Source of the DNA: Eledone cirrhosa
Taxonomy: Eukaryota
Direction of reading: 5' to 3'
Length of the DNA: 64,000 nucleotides
NCBI GenBank assembly: GCA_964016885.1
Contig: OZ024760.1
Span: 16,368,001-16,432,000 of the forward strand
In this document: positions 52,506 to 64,000 of the stretch, one piece after another
How positions within the stretch are numbered: position 1 is the stretch's first letter
How the letters are laid out: each line of letters starts with the position of its first letter
Translations under genes and position numbers: made by a program
The notes under the pieces: model-generated
What the model saw: the letters and a program-made list of their open reading frames with translations, nothing else
What the model was told of the DNA's origin: nothing
Database searches by the model: none

Positions 52506-53506
52506 TATATACACATACATATACACACACACACACACTCATATATATACACATATATATATACACACACACATATATACACACATACATATATATACAC
52601 ATATATACACACACATATATACACATACATACATACATACACACACATATATACATATATATATATATATATGTGGTTAGGAGTCATTTGTCTAGAGAGA
52701 GTTAATATAGAACAAGATGGTGATATATAAAATAAAGAGAGAGGTAAAGTATGGCCAAGTATTGATGTCACTCTAAATACCTTGAGAGGCTTTAGGTAAC
52801 TAGTAGGAGCCGTGAATAAGATATTGTCTCTGTCATATATATATTTGGTCTGGCCCTCCCCCCCATCACGCCTGATGGAGCCGCAGGGGCGCGCATTGAC
52901 ATGTGACATGGCTTTTAGTTGTAGTTTTAAAGCTTGGCAGAGCCCATCCCTCTCCAGGTCTCTCTCTCTCTCTCTATATATATAGTAATAATTGTTTCTA
53001 GTTTTGGCACAAGGCCAGTAATTATCTCAATGCATTACTGGTACTTTATTTTATTGACCCCGGTAAGGACGAAAAGCAAAGTTAACCTCGGCGGGATTTG
53101 AACTCAGATTATAAAGGGACGTAACTATGCTGCAAAGCATGGCGTCCGACCCTCTACCGCTACTGCCAATCCACCGCCCTTAATAATAATAAGACTTTCA
53201 TAAGATCCCCGTTAAGGGTGAAAGCACCAATTTTTGGCTTAAACTTTAATCTGTTAATACATATATATCATCATCATCATCATCATCATCACCGTTTTAC
53301 GTCCGTTCTTCCACGCTAGCATGGGTTAGACGGGTTGTCCTGTTGTGGGCAGTGTCTGGTCGGCTGACCATGCCTTGCTCATACAGGAACTGATCTGGCT
53401 TGATTTCTACAGCTGGATGCCCTTCCTAACATCCAGCTGTAGAAATCAAGCCATATATATACATATATATACATATATATATACATATATATACATATAT
53501 ATATAC

Positions 53507-53571
<65 letters not shown>

Positions 53572-53920
53572 CACATGTATGTATATATACACACACACAC
53601 TGTAAACGTGGTTGGTGTTAGGAAGGGCATCCAGCTGTAAAAATCCCTGCCAATATACAGTTCCGTTTGAGCAAGGTATGGTGCAGCCAACTGGCCAGAT
53701 TTGACTCATAATCTGGACGACCCGTCTAACCCATGCAGGAATGGAAAAGATAGACATTAAACGGTGATGATGATGATGATAATGATATATATATATGTGT
53801 ATACATACAGGGTATCCCTCCCCAAAACGTATGCTTACTTCAGCAGCATTCTAATAAATATTGCCTGTACAGGTAATCAAAGTGTGTATACATTCTTTTG
53901 GGACACCCTGTGTATGTATG

Positions 53921-53959
<39 letters not shown>

Positions 53960-54038
53960 TTTTATTAAGGCTAAATAGTGAGGCTTGTTACTCTAGAGTT
54001 TCACCTGCATCTCACAGGTCATCAAACAAAAACTCTGT

Positions 54039-54088
54039 TCTTGTCTGATGACCCTGTGAGAAGCAGGTGAAACTCCAGAGTCACAAGA
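54039..54088 (+). ncRNA. Minimal type I hammerhead ribozyme motif (inverted degenerate partner at 53984-54030)
   Basis: TCTTGT-CTGATGA-cCCTG tgagaag CAGGt-GAAA-CTC ca GAG-TC-ACAAGA. Confidence 0.78.
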
Positions 54089-54535
54089 CCCACTATTTAG
54101 CCTTAATAAAAATGAATATTAAAACTCTACTTTGGTATTGAGTACTCTTTTCTCTCAGCCGACCACATACGGATATATATATATATATATATATAGAAGA
54201 CCCGCCTTCCCTACGTGCGAAGTAAACCTACAGTCAGTAGCCCCCTCTAACCCACTACCTTTACTCCATCCGTCTATTCCCGCCAACACCACCCCTTTCT
54301 CTATAAAGTTATGTTGGTACCACAACATCCAGTCCAAACTAATGAGGTCATGTAGGTGTCACGGTAAAAAGCTCCCAGTCCACACTCTAAATGTGGTTGA
54401 TGTTAGGAAGGGCATCCAGCCGTAGAAAACCTGCCAGATTGGGACACTATATATATATATATATATATATATAGTCTGTGTGTATATATATAAGAACATA
54501 TCTTGATCGGCATTGTGGTTTGTAGATATATATCT

Positions 54536-54575
<40 letters not shown>

Positions 54576-54624
54576 TATTAAAATACAAATATAAATAAAA
54601 TAGATGTTCTTTTGATCAATTACA

Positions 54625-54675
54625 TTTTATTATACATATTTCGGAGGTACAACAGTACGTCCTCATCAGACAAAA
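54625..54675 (-). ncRNA. Minimal type I hammerhead ribozyme motif
   Basis: Minus strand: TTTTGT-CTGATGA-GGAcGTAC tgtt GTACcTCC-GAAA-TATGTA-TA-ATAAAA. Confidence 0.75.
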
Positions 54676-54774
54676 TATGATACATGACATACCCTGAGAT
54701 GTTAAATGGTTAAGATTTAATCAATCTACTGTAAAACTCATTCTTTGATATACTCATTGAATCTTGTTTAACTC

Positions 54775-54805
<31 letters not shown>

Positions 54806-54937
54806 ACCAAATGTTAAACAAGGTTCAATGAATATAGTTTTACAATAGATTAAAAGCACTCAACAAAGAAGTTTTCTGGAGTTATTAATATTATTCAAAA
54901 TATTAATAAATATAGACATTCACGTAATCAAAATATG

Positions 54938-54999
54938 TTTTATTATATATATTTCGGAGGTACTGTGCTGTTTTTTCAGTACGTCCTCATCAGATAAAA
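54938..54999 (-). ncRNA. Minimal type I hammerhead ribozyme motif
   Basis: Minus strand: TTTTAT-CTGATGA-GGAcGTACTG..CAGTACcTCC-GAAA-TATATA-TA-ATAAAA. Confidence 0.75.
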
Positions 55000-55101
55000 T
55001 ACATAAATTGATGTACGACATACCTCAACTGTGCTGATGATTTTGAACTGACTGGAATTGAACCATCAGCAGTTGAGGTATGTCGTACATCAATTTATGT
55101 A

Positions 55102-55163
55102 TTTTATCTGATGAGGACGTACTGAAAAAACAGCACAGTACCTCTGAAATATATATAAGAAAG
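55102..55163 (+). ncRNA. Hammerhead motif, inverted partner of 54938-54999
   Basis: Core CTGATGA...GAAA-TATATA-TA intact; stem I partly mismatched. Confidence 0.6.
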
Positions 55164-56072
55164 CATATATTTTGATTATGTGAATGTATCCATTTATTAA
55201 TATTTTGAATAATATATATATATATATAGTTAGTGTGTGTGTGTGTATATAATATATATATATAGTGTGTGTGTGTGTATATATAAGAACATACCTTGTG
55301 TGGCATTGTAGTTTGTAGATATATATATGTTGTGACAGTTGACAGATGTTGAGGGGCTGAAGTCTTGTTGTCACCTACCACCAACTCAGTATTGTAGGTA
55401 TTATAGTGTTGTAACTGTAGAGTTACTGTAGCTATGTGACTAACTACTGTAACAGTAGACCTGGGGCAGGGGGAGAGGGAGGGGGGGGGGGGAGAAAAGA
55501 GGGGAGAGAGAGAAAGAGAGAAAGAAAGAAAAGGAGAGACAGAAATAAAGAGAGAGAAAGAAAAAGAAAAAGAAAAAGAGAAAGAAAGCAAAAAAGAGAG
55601 AGAGAAGGAGGGAAAGAGGGAGCGAAAGAGAGATAGAAAGAAAGAAAGGGCGGGAAGGAAGGAAAGACATAGGAGAGAGACAAAGAAAGAGAGAGAGACA
55701 GAAAGACAGAGACAAAGAAAAAGAGAGATAAAGATAAAAAGAGGAAGAGAAAAGGAAAGAAAGAAAGATAAAGAGAGAGTGGTAGAGAGAGAGACAGAGA
55801 AGGAGAAGAAAGTTTGTTATGAAACAGATTGCAAAAATGAAAATGAAAAAAAAAAATAAAATAAAATAAAATAAAAAAAAAAAAGTCGCAAAGTAATCTT
55901 TTCTAATTACAGACATTAAAGATGTGAAATGTCTTTGGACGAAATGTTTTAAACGAAGAAGCCAACGTCTAATTATGTAATTAATATAGAAGACAGTTTT
56001 AGTTGGTTTCCACAGGAAATGAGGACAAGAAAGGATTTAACAAGACTGGGTTTATACGAAACATTCTCAGGT

Positions 56073-56090
56073 TTCCAGAAGATTCCAGGA
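56073..56090. promoter_or_regulatory. Candidate heat-shock element
   Basis: TTC-ca-GAA-ga-TTC-ca-GGA: three perfect alternating nGAAn units plus one near-match, in non-repetitive sequence upstream of the BAG exon. Confidence 0.4.
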
Positions 56091-56120
56091 TCTGAACTGA
56101 ACCGGAATCTAAAACCAGAG

Positions 56121-56158
<38 letters not shown>

Positions 56159-56641
56159 GTAATGATAATAATAGTAATAATGTTTAATAGTAAGTCAGCT
56201 AATTATGTTTACCACAGAATGTTGGAAATTGTCCACATATCAGAAGGTTGAGGAGGAGGAGGAGGAGAAGGAAGAGGAGGGCCGGTGGTGAGTGAGGTGG
56301 GGGAATAGGGGGGGGGGAGAAGGAGAGAGAGAGAGAGAGAGAGAGAAGAAGAGGGTGTCAGTGGAAAGAGAGAGAGAGAGAGAGAGAGAGAAAAGGGTGC
56401 CTTAGGGGTGAGGGAGGAGCAGGGGAGTCAATGGTGGGAAGAGGTGGAGAGGAGTCATGGACAAAACAAAGGAGAGACACAGAATAACAAATTAGTCACT
56501 GAGGAAGTCACAAAATGTGCTATGAAAGTGCTTTGACAATAACTAAACAACCATCCAGTCATTAAACCAACAGGTGCATGTGTTTTTACTGGCCACATGA
56601 CCTCCCCAAACAATACATATATATATTTTATTTAATTGCAC

Positions 56642-56820
56642 AATAAACAACACAATATAATTATTTCATTACCGAAGGTTTCAAGAAACTAGATGATTCT
56701 TGCTTGTTCATCAGACAAAACAATTATAATTGTTTTGTCTGATGAACACACTAGATGTTTCCTGCAAGAATGAACTAGTTTCTTCAAACCTTCGGTAATG
56801 AAATAATTATATTGTTTATT
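56642..56820. mobile_element. Fold-back element with two degenerate hammerhead motifs
   Basis: TCATCAGACAAAACAAT-TATA-ATTGTTTTGTCTGATGA axis; minus arm has GAAA-CCTTCGG-TA-ATGAAA; stem II is weak. Confidence 0.55.
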
Positions 56821-58046
56821 ATGTAATTAAATAGCTCTGTCTCAAGGTTAACGTATGTTGATGCCCTAAGGACAGACACTGGTCTGTTGGAGACGCAGGA
56901 CATGGCAGCGATAATGAGGGACAGAGACCGCTGGAGAGAACTCGTCCATGGATCTCGGGGAATTTTACCCGCCTTAGATAGATAGAGATAACTCTGTACA
57001 ATACATACAGCACCCTTCTTTCCTTTACTTTTTCTATGGAAATACTTAACGCACACAGATATATATATATGTCATCATCATCACCGTTTTACGTCCATTC
57101 TTCCACGCTAGCATGGGTTAGACGGGTTGTCCTATTGTGGGCAGTGCCCGGTCGGCTGACCTTGTCTTGCTCATACGAGAACTGATTTTAGCTTGGTTTC
57201 TACAGCTGAATGCCCTTCCTAACACCAAATATATATATATATATATATACACAGATAACAATTTATATAATTAGCCCCTCTGTTGCTTCACCCAATAACA
57301 CAATTAACATAGTTGTTTTAACGAGATAATGATGATGGTGATGATGATGTTATTAATTGTAAGACAGGAGAATGGGGAGGGGGTGGAGGACTGTGTTGTC
57401 CAATTAACAAAATAGTTTAAATAATTAAACAATACGAAAAACAGACAAAAAGATAACATGAAAATATTGACTATTTTATGATAAAAAAAATAGAGAAGGG
57501 ATGGAGAAAGAGAGAGGAAATATTATTAGTTGACAGTGAGGGGGAGAGAGAGAGAGAGAGAGAGAAAGGAGAGTTTTGAAACAACGGAGGGAAGTGTGAA
57601 GGGTTGTAAGGGGAGGGGGAGGAGAGGACAAAAGAATTGTAGAGGTAACTAGGTGAACAATGTTAGAGATCATAGATTAGCAGCATCGGTAAAGTGTCAG
57701 ATTCCCTGCTTCGTGACATAGAGTTACGCCCCTTCACATTCTGAAAGACAAAACTAATCCCTATCGGGGTTAGCTTTGCCTTTCACCCTTACAGCGAAAA
57801 AATGGAACAAGTATTTGTGTGTTAAGGACTGTGGTCACCTGATCTGTCTGGTATCAGAACATGACAACAACCTGTTTAACAGATGCAAGCGATGGAAAAA
57901 AAAGACATTAAACGATGTTGATGATATATATGTCTCAGAATGTAAACATCTAAACCAAACCCAAACAAAGTCAAATCACAATCTTACAATCTGGCCCCCA
58001 ACAGGCCCCATAATATGGATATATATATATACATATATATATATAT

Positions 58047-58388
58047 GGAGGCACATGGCTTAGTGGTTAGAACATTGGCCTTGCAATCGAAAGGTTGTGA
58101 GTTCAATTCTCAGACCGGGTGATGTGTTGTTTCCTTGAGCAAGACACTTTATTTCACATTGCTCCAGTTTACTCAGCTGTAGAAATGAGATGATAGGGAC
58201 TGGGTTCCCTATCATTCCACTGCAATGTGGTCGTGGAGGCGCCACGGCAAAAAAGTACCCAGCACTCACTGTAAATGAGGTTGGTGTTAGGAAGGGCATC
58301 CAGCTGTAGAAATCAAGCCAGAATCAGTTCCCTGTCCCACCCTTGCAAGCAGGGAAAAGCGGACGTAAAATGAAATGAAATGAATGAA
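58047..58388 (+). mobile_element. SINE family A copy
   Basis: Near-identical to 4165-4516. Confidence 0.85.
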
Positions 58389-58398
58389 TATATATGTG

Positions 58399-58458
<60 letters not shown>

Positions 58459-58899
58459 TGAAGTAATTCCATTGGAAAAGTCCAGGAAAAAAAAAAATAT
58501 ATATATCATCATTTTACGTCCGCTTTTCCCTGCTTGCAAGGGTGGGACAGGTCCTATTCAGCACAGCATCTCTCCACTTGTCATGGTCCTCCGTGAGTTT
58601 CAGCCATCTGAGGTCTGCTCTCACCACCTCCGCCCATGTTTTTCATGGTCTTCCTTCTACTGGGATGTATATATATATCAACTTTCCCCTCCCCTAAAAT
58701 CGTTGGCCTTTTGTCTAAATCAGAAACTGTTTTAGAACTAGGGTCTTCAACTGTAGAGCTACAATAGAATTAGGGTCTACAATTGTAGAGATATCAATGA
58801 GTTAGGATTTACAATACAAAACCAATCTACATTGGATTCCTCTCTGTTCTAAATGAGAAATAAGGGTCAGTTAGTCTTCCTCTTGCACACACATATATA

Positions 58900-59116
58900 T
58901 GAGGGGGTACTGAAACGTTCCTGGGTTTGGGTAAAAGAAAATACAGGAGGGTCAATTAATTATGATTTTATTCAACATAATCCCCTCTCAGATTCACACA
59001 CTTATTGCAGCGGTCCTTCAGTTTTTCTAGGCCCTGTAAAAAGAACCCGGAAGGTTGGACCTCCAACCAGGCCTCTGTAGCAGTGATCAAGCCAGGAACT
59101 TTTCAGCACCCCCTTG
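58900..59116. mobile_element. Mariner-type MITE
   Basis: TIRs (T/C)GAGGGGGT.CTGAAA.GTTCCTGG and CCAGGAACTTTTCAGCACCCCCTTG, TA on both sides; partial copy at 9945-10030. Confidence 0.8.
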
Positions 59117-59782
59117 TAAATGTTTAACCCTTTAGTGTTCAAACCGCCCAAAACTGACAGAAAACACACATGGATACATATACACAGTAACACAGTAATA
59201 TACAGAGATATACACACATATATCTATATATATATATATATATATATGTATGTAAAAAGTAAACAGAAATAACACAATCAGTACAGTATATGGAAGGGAT
59301 ATATTAGGTTAACGCTTGATATAGCAGGAAGAGGGTCTTAACTCTCAACGTTTTGGACGCTAGTCCTTCATCAGAAGAAAGAATGAGAAATAAGATAGAT
59401 TGAGGGGACGGTTTGAATTGGAAAAAAATGTCTTTAGATAAAAATAAGAGGTCCATTCATGTTGACATCTCTTACACACATATATATATATATATGTAAG
59501 AATCAGTTCCCGTCCCACCCTTGCAAGCAGGGAAAAAGCGGACGTAAAATGAAATGAATGAAATGAATATAATTTGAAATTTAGTAAAATCGAATTTCTG
59601 GCGGTTTGCAAGTAAATTCTGCCTACTTATATGGAATGATGAGTTAGCAAAGCACTCGATAAGTTAGGTCCTTTGAATAATAACATACGTTTAAATAGCT
59701 TGACAAATCGAAGATTGTGGTAGGCAAATCTAACACACAATAATATACCAAAGTAATGATAGAACTAACAGGTTGAAAAAAA

Positions 59783-59828
<46 letters not shown>

Positions 59829-59831
<3 letters not shown>

Positions 59832-60019
59832 CGAAGGAAATGTGGTAAGGAACCAGATGGACCATAACGCACCAAAGTACTCAATACTTAGGGTACTAGA
59901 GTGGGTAATAGGAACGAGTAGGACCACGACGGCTGAGCTCAAGCCGTTTCGACGGCTAATTCTAGTCCAGAATTAGCCGTCGAAACGGCTTGAGCTCAGC
60001 CGTCGGGGGCCTACTCGTT

Positions 60020-60024
<5 letters not shown>
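59829..60024 (-). mobile_element. Fold-back mini-element (3' half-hammerhead family)
   Basis: Inverted arms at 59908-60024; (TA)n on both sides. Confidence 0.72.
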
Positions 60025-60069
<45 letters not shown>

Positions 60070-60789
60070 ATCACATTGTTTTACCTTTAATGAAGCCAAA
60101 TATATAAGTTAAAAAAAAAGGAATTTGAAAATTGTCAACTCCAGCCCCTCAGCATCTGCCTTCATCCATGGCAGCATGGTACTGCTCATGTTGATGGTGA
60201 TGGCAATCTAGTCTATAATTGGACCAGATTTCACAATGATGTTGGTGTGACTGTATGTGAAATTACAAGATATTATGTTATTGGATTTTGATTGGGATGT
60301 CTTAATTAAGCGAGTATAATTAACGATAAAACATAATCAATAGGGCGAAAATAGATGCAGCAACAAAGAGCTGATGGGTACAGAATTACAGACTATATAT
60401 ATATATATATATATAATGATAATGATTTCTTATATAGGCACAAGGCCAGCAATTTTGGAGGGGAGGGGAAAGTCGATTAAATCGATCCCAGTGCATTACT
60501 GGTACTTTATTTTATCGACCCTGTAAGGATGAAAGGCAAAGTTAACCTGGCGGGATTTGAACTCAGAATGTAAAGGGCCATAACTATGCTGCAAAGCATG
60601 GTGTCTGATGCTCTACCGATACTGCCATGGATGAGGTGTAAAATTTTCATTACACTCATTGAGGTGTGACATGCGTTTGACAATTGCTCACCTCAAGGTT
60701 CAATCTGCAGTGGTTTTGGGCCCAACTCTGGAATCAAAAGCTCATCAGACTTCTGTTATCGCAATGATGGAATATATATCTATCTATCT

Positions 60790-60960
60790 ATTCTAAGGCG
60801 GGTAAAATTCCCGAGATCCATGGACGAGTTCTCTCCAGCGGTCTCTGTCCCTCGTTATCGCTGCCATGTCCTGCGTCTCCAACAGACCAGTGTCTGTCCT
60901 TAGGGCATCGACATACGTTAACCTTGGTCTTCCTCTTCCAGTGTGTCCATGTAGGGGCTC
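60790..60960 (-). mobile_element. RTE-type LINE extreme 3' fragment (also 41690-41845 + and 56845-56980 +)
   Basis: GRGRPRLTYVDALRTDTGL...DRDRWRELV; three homologous copies. Confidence 0.7.
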
Positions 60961-61281
60961 CCAAATATATATATATGAGTGTGGTGTAGTGGAAAGTAGT
61001 AGGACGTATAGTGCAGTGTGATAGGATGTAGTGACATGGAGTGGTGTGGGTTGTAGTGCTGGTGTCACAACAAAAGCGCCCTTGAGGTAGTTGTGCTGGC
61101 ACCATGAAAGATCACGCCCAGTGCACACTGTAAAGTGGGTGGCACTAAAGTAGGGCACCCAAGAACAGAACGAGTATTTGTGTGTGCAGGACCGTGGTTA
61201 CCTGATCTGTCTGGTCTCAGAACGTGACAACAACCTGTCTAACCCATGCAAGCGTGATGAAAAAATGACATTAAACGATGA

Positions 61282-61323
<42 letters not shown>

Positions 61324-61407
61324 ATATATATATGTCTCAATGTAAACATCTAAACCAAACCAAACCCAAATCACAATCTTACAATCTGGCTCCCACCAGG
61401 CCCCATA

Positions 61408-61454
<47 letters not shown>

Positions 61455-61604
61455 TATATGATAAATATATCAACATCTGCTTCCCTAGGTTAAACAAGGT
61501 CAAACTGATACCACTTCTCCAAATATTCTACATTATTTGGGCTACAATCTTACAATCTACACCAGTTCTAGTTAGCCATGGTGTGTATATAACATTGCCA
61601 AGTT

Positions 61605-61643
<39 letters not shown>

Positions 61644-61735
61644 ACATGATGTGTATACACCACTGCCAAGTTACAATATATATATATTCATCAACCCATG
61701 GTAGCATGGAAAAATGAACATAAAACAGTGATGAT

Positions 61736-61782
<47 letters not shown>

Positions 61783-61841
61783 ATACACATGCACCAGTTC
61801 TAGTGTACAACACTACTAAGCTTATATATTATATATATATA

Positions 61842-61942
61842 AAGGGTGTCCCCAAAAATGTATACACACTTTGATTACCTGTAACAGGCAATGTTTATTA
61901 GAATACTGTAGAAGTGTGTATACATTTATTGATGACACCCTG
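61842..61942. mobile_element. Tc1/mariner-type ~100-bp MITE (second copy at 53807-53910)
   Basis: AGGGTGTCC...GACACCCTG termini, TA flanks, two homologous copies in opposite orientation. Confidence 0.7.
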
Positions 61943-61964
61943 TATATGTGTGTGTGTGTGTGAC

Positions 61965-62203
61965 TATTAACCAGAATGTTTTGTCCTTTTCTGAGCTGAT
62001 CTCCATTTTGTATACTTTTGACCCTTTTTTTCAGTCTAGTGGTGAGCTCCTGGAGTTCTGCTTCACCGTTTCCTAAATAGGCCGATATTACCGGCAAAGC
62101 GCAGGTAGGAAATAGAGATGTTGGCCCCTTGGAATGTCCCTTGCATGATGTTCTCCATGAAGCTGTTGAAGAGCACTGGAGAGAGGAGACATCCTTGTTG
62201 AAC
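61965..62203 (-). mobile_element. Degraded LINE reverse-transcriptase fragment
   Basis: Minus strand VQQGCLLSPVLFNSFMENIM...ISYLRFA. Confidence 0.65.
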
Positions 62204-62588
62204 TAAAATCATAACAAGATATTAAAAGTTATGTTTCAAACACCAGCTTAACGCTTTAGCATTTAAACCGGCTGTATCCAGCCAGAATTCTCTTACCTCT
62301 TTCTGTTTAAACCGGCTCTAACTGGCCACTCATATTGTTCTCAAAATAAATAATATCAAAATCTCATAGATTCGATATTACATGAGATAATTATGTGAGG
62401 TAAAGCCTTTACTGCAAAAATACAATAGTATATATATAGAGTAATGTAAATGCTAATGGGTTAATAACAAGAAAGTCAAGTCCCTCTAAATTCTTCACTA
62501 TTTACAAACTTATTTGAAAGCCATGGTGAGGCTCTTTTGGTAGAAATATGGCACCAAATGGGTTAGAAATGCTACAATATAATTCAGG

Positions 62589-62628
<40 letters not shown>

Positions 62629-62978
62629 CTCCCAAAGTATAACAATATATATAATATATATGTATATATATAACAAAATAGTAGGACCATGTGAGCTGCA
62701 GATTTCAGAGCTTTATAATATTGCTTCTCAGAAACCATTATGAAGTAGAACAAATACGAATGTCAGAAATTCTTTTGTTTTTATAAATTGCTAACATGTC
62801 ACCTCCATGACATAATTATTTATATATCACCATCACCATAATTATCATCATCATCATCATCATCATCATCGACATCATTTAATGTTAATGTTTCCTTGGT
62901 AGCAAGGGTTGGATGGGTTGGGGTTGTTACAGACCGAATCAGTACTTAATCTGAACTATTGACCTTATAGGTGTGTGT

Positions 62979-63041
<63 letters not shown>

Positions 63042-63169
63042 ATCACTATTTTATATATGTGTATATATGCACATAAATATAAATATGTGTGAGTGTGTAT
63101 GTGATCACTATTTTATATATGTGTATATATGCATATATATAAATATTGTGTATATATATGTACATATAC

Positions 63170-63226
<57 letters not shown>

Positions 63227-63374
63227 TATACATATATATATATATATATATGATAATTATTAATTTAGACACAAGGCCAGCACTTTATGGGAAGGAAAAA
63301 GTCTTATATATCGATTCCAATACTTTACTGGTACTTTATGATATATAATAACACACACACTCACACATAAAAAG

Positions 63375-63591
63375 GATCGATCGACTATCATCAAATCGGA
63401 CCGAGGAAACAATGTTTCCGTTGGTCTTTCCAGTTGCTAGTACTATCTATCGGTCGCAACTCCAGGTAGAAGGAGCAACGTGAAATAAAGTGTCTTGCTC
63501 AAGGACATAACGCATCGCTCGGTCCAGGAATCAAACTCACAACCTCAAGATTGTGAATTCAACTCTCTAACCACTCAGCCACACGTCTTCA
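63375..63591 (-). mobile_element. SINE family C copy
   Basis: Reverse complement of 27943-28160. Confidence 0.75.
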
Positions 63592-63761
63592 CTACACACA
63601 CACACACACACACACGCACATACACACATATATTACCATAACAGAAGTCTGATGAGCTTTTGATTCCAGAGACTGGCCAGATACATAGAGATCAAAACAT
63701 GCATCACACCTCTTTAAATGTAATGAAGATCTAACACTTTGTCCTTTTTATTATTATTAGG

Positions 63762-63793
<32 letters not shown>

Positions 63794-63916
63794 TTATCGT
63801 TTTCGGTGTGCCTGGCTGACTGAACTCACTCGATATGCAAATTAGGCTGCTCAGCCGTCAATATGCATAAGGAAAGTATATACTTTCAGACGTTCAACCA
63901 TCTGGCAGGAAGGTAT

Positions 63917-63959
63917 ACGATGCTGATGATAGCTAATAAGCTTGAAACTAGTACATCGT
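63917..63959 (+). ncRNA. Minimal type I hammerhead ribozyme motif
   Basis: ACGATG-CTGATGA-tAGCT aata AGCTt-GAAA-CTAG-TA-CATCGT: 6-bp stem I, 4-bp stem II, palindromic stem III ACTAGT, GUA cleavage triplet. Confidence 0.8.
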
Positions 63960-64000
63960 TCCTGTGTCAGTGTTGAACAAAAAGGTGACGTGGTTGCCTA

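Overview
AT-rich, repeat-saturated animal genomic DNA; the SINE/LINE repertoire suggests an octopod cephalopod (inference). Two convergent host genes: a complete 10-exon bystin gene (BYSL/Enp1, + strand, 1656-10793, 430 aa when spliced by hand) and the large terminal coding exon of a BAG3/starvin-like co-chaperone (- strand, 32275-33495; upstream exons not found). One RTE-clade LINE has an uninterrupted ORF (about 48.7-52.5 kb). The window also holds many tRNA-derived SINEs (one family sharing the RTE 3' tail), piggyBac- and mariner-type MITEs, LINE fragments and many mini/microsatellites. The main unexplained signal is a dense set of short elements in (TA)n tracts that carry minimal type I hammerhead ribozyme cores (CUGAUGA...GAAA-palindrome-UH). 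About 9 look structurally intact, more are decayed, and they fall into several sequence families. Many are near-perfect fold-back palindromes whose arms match within a copy but differ between copies, consistent with a non-autonomous Penelope-like/retrozyme system. All coordinates and pairings were read by eye; repeat boundaries are approximate.
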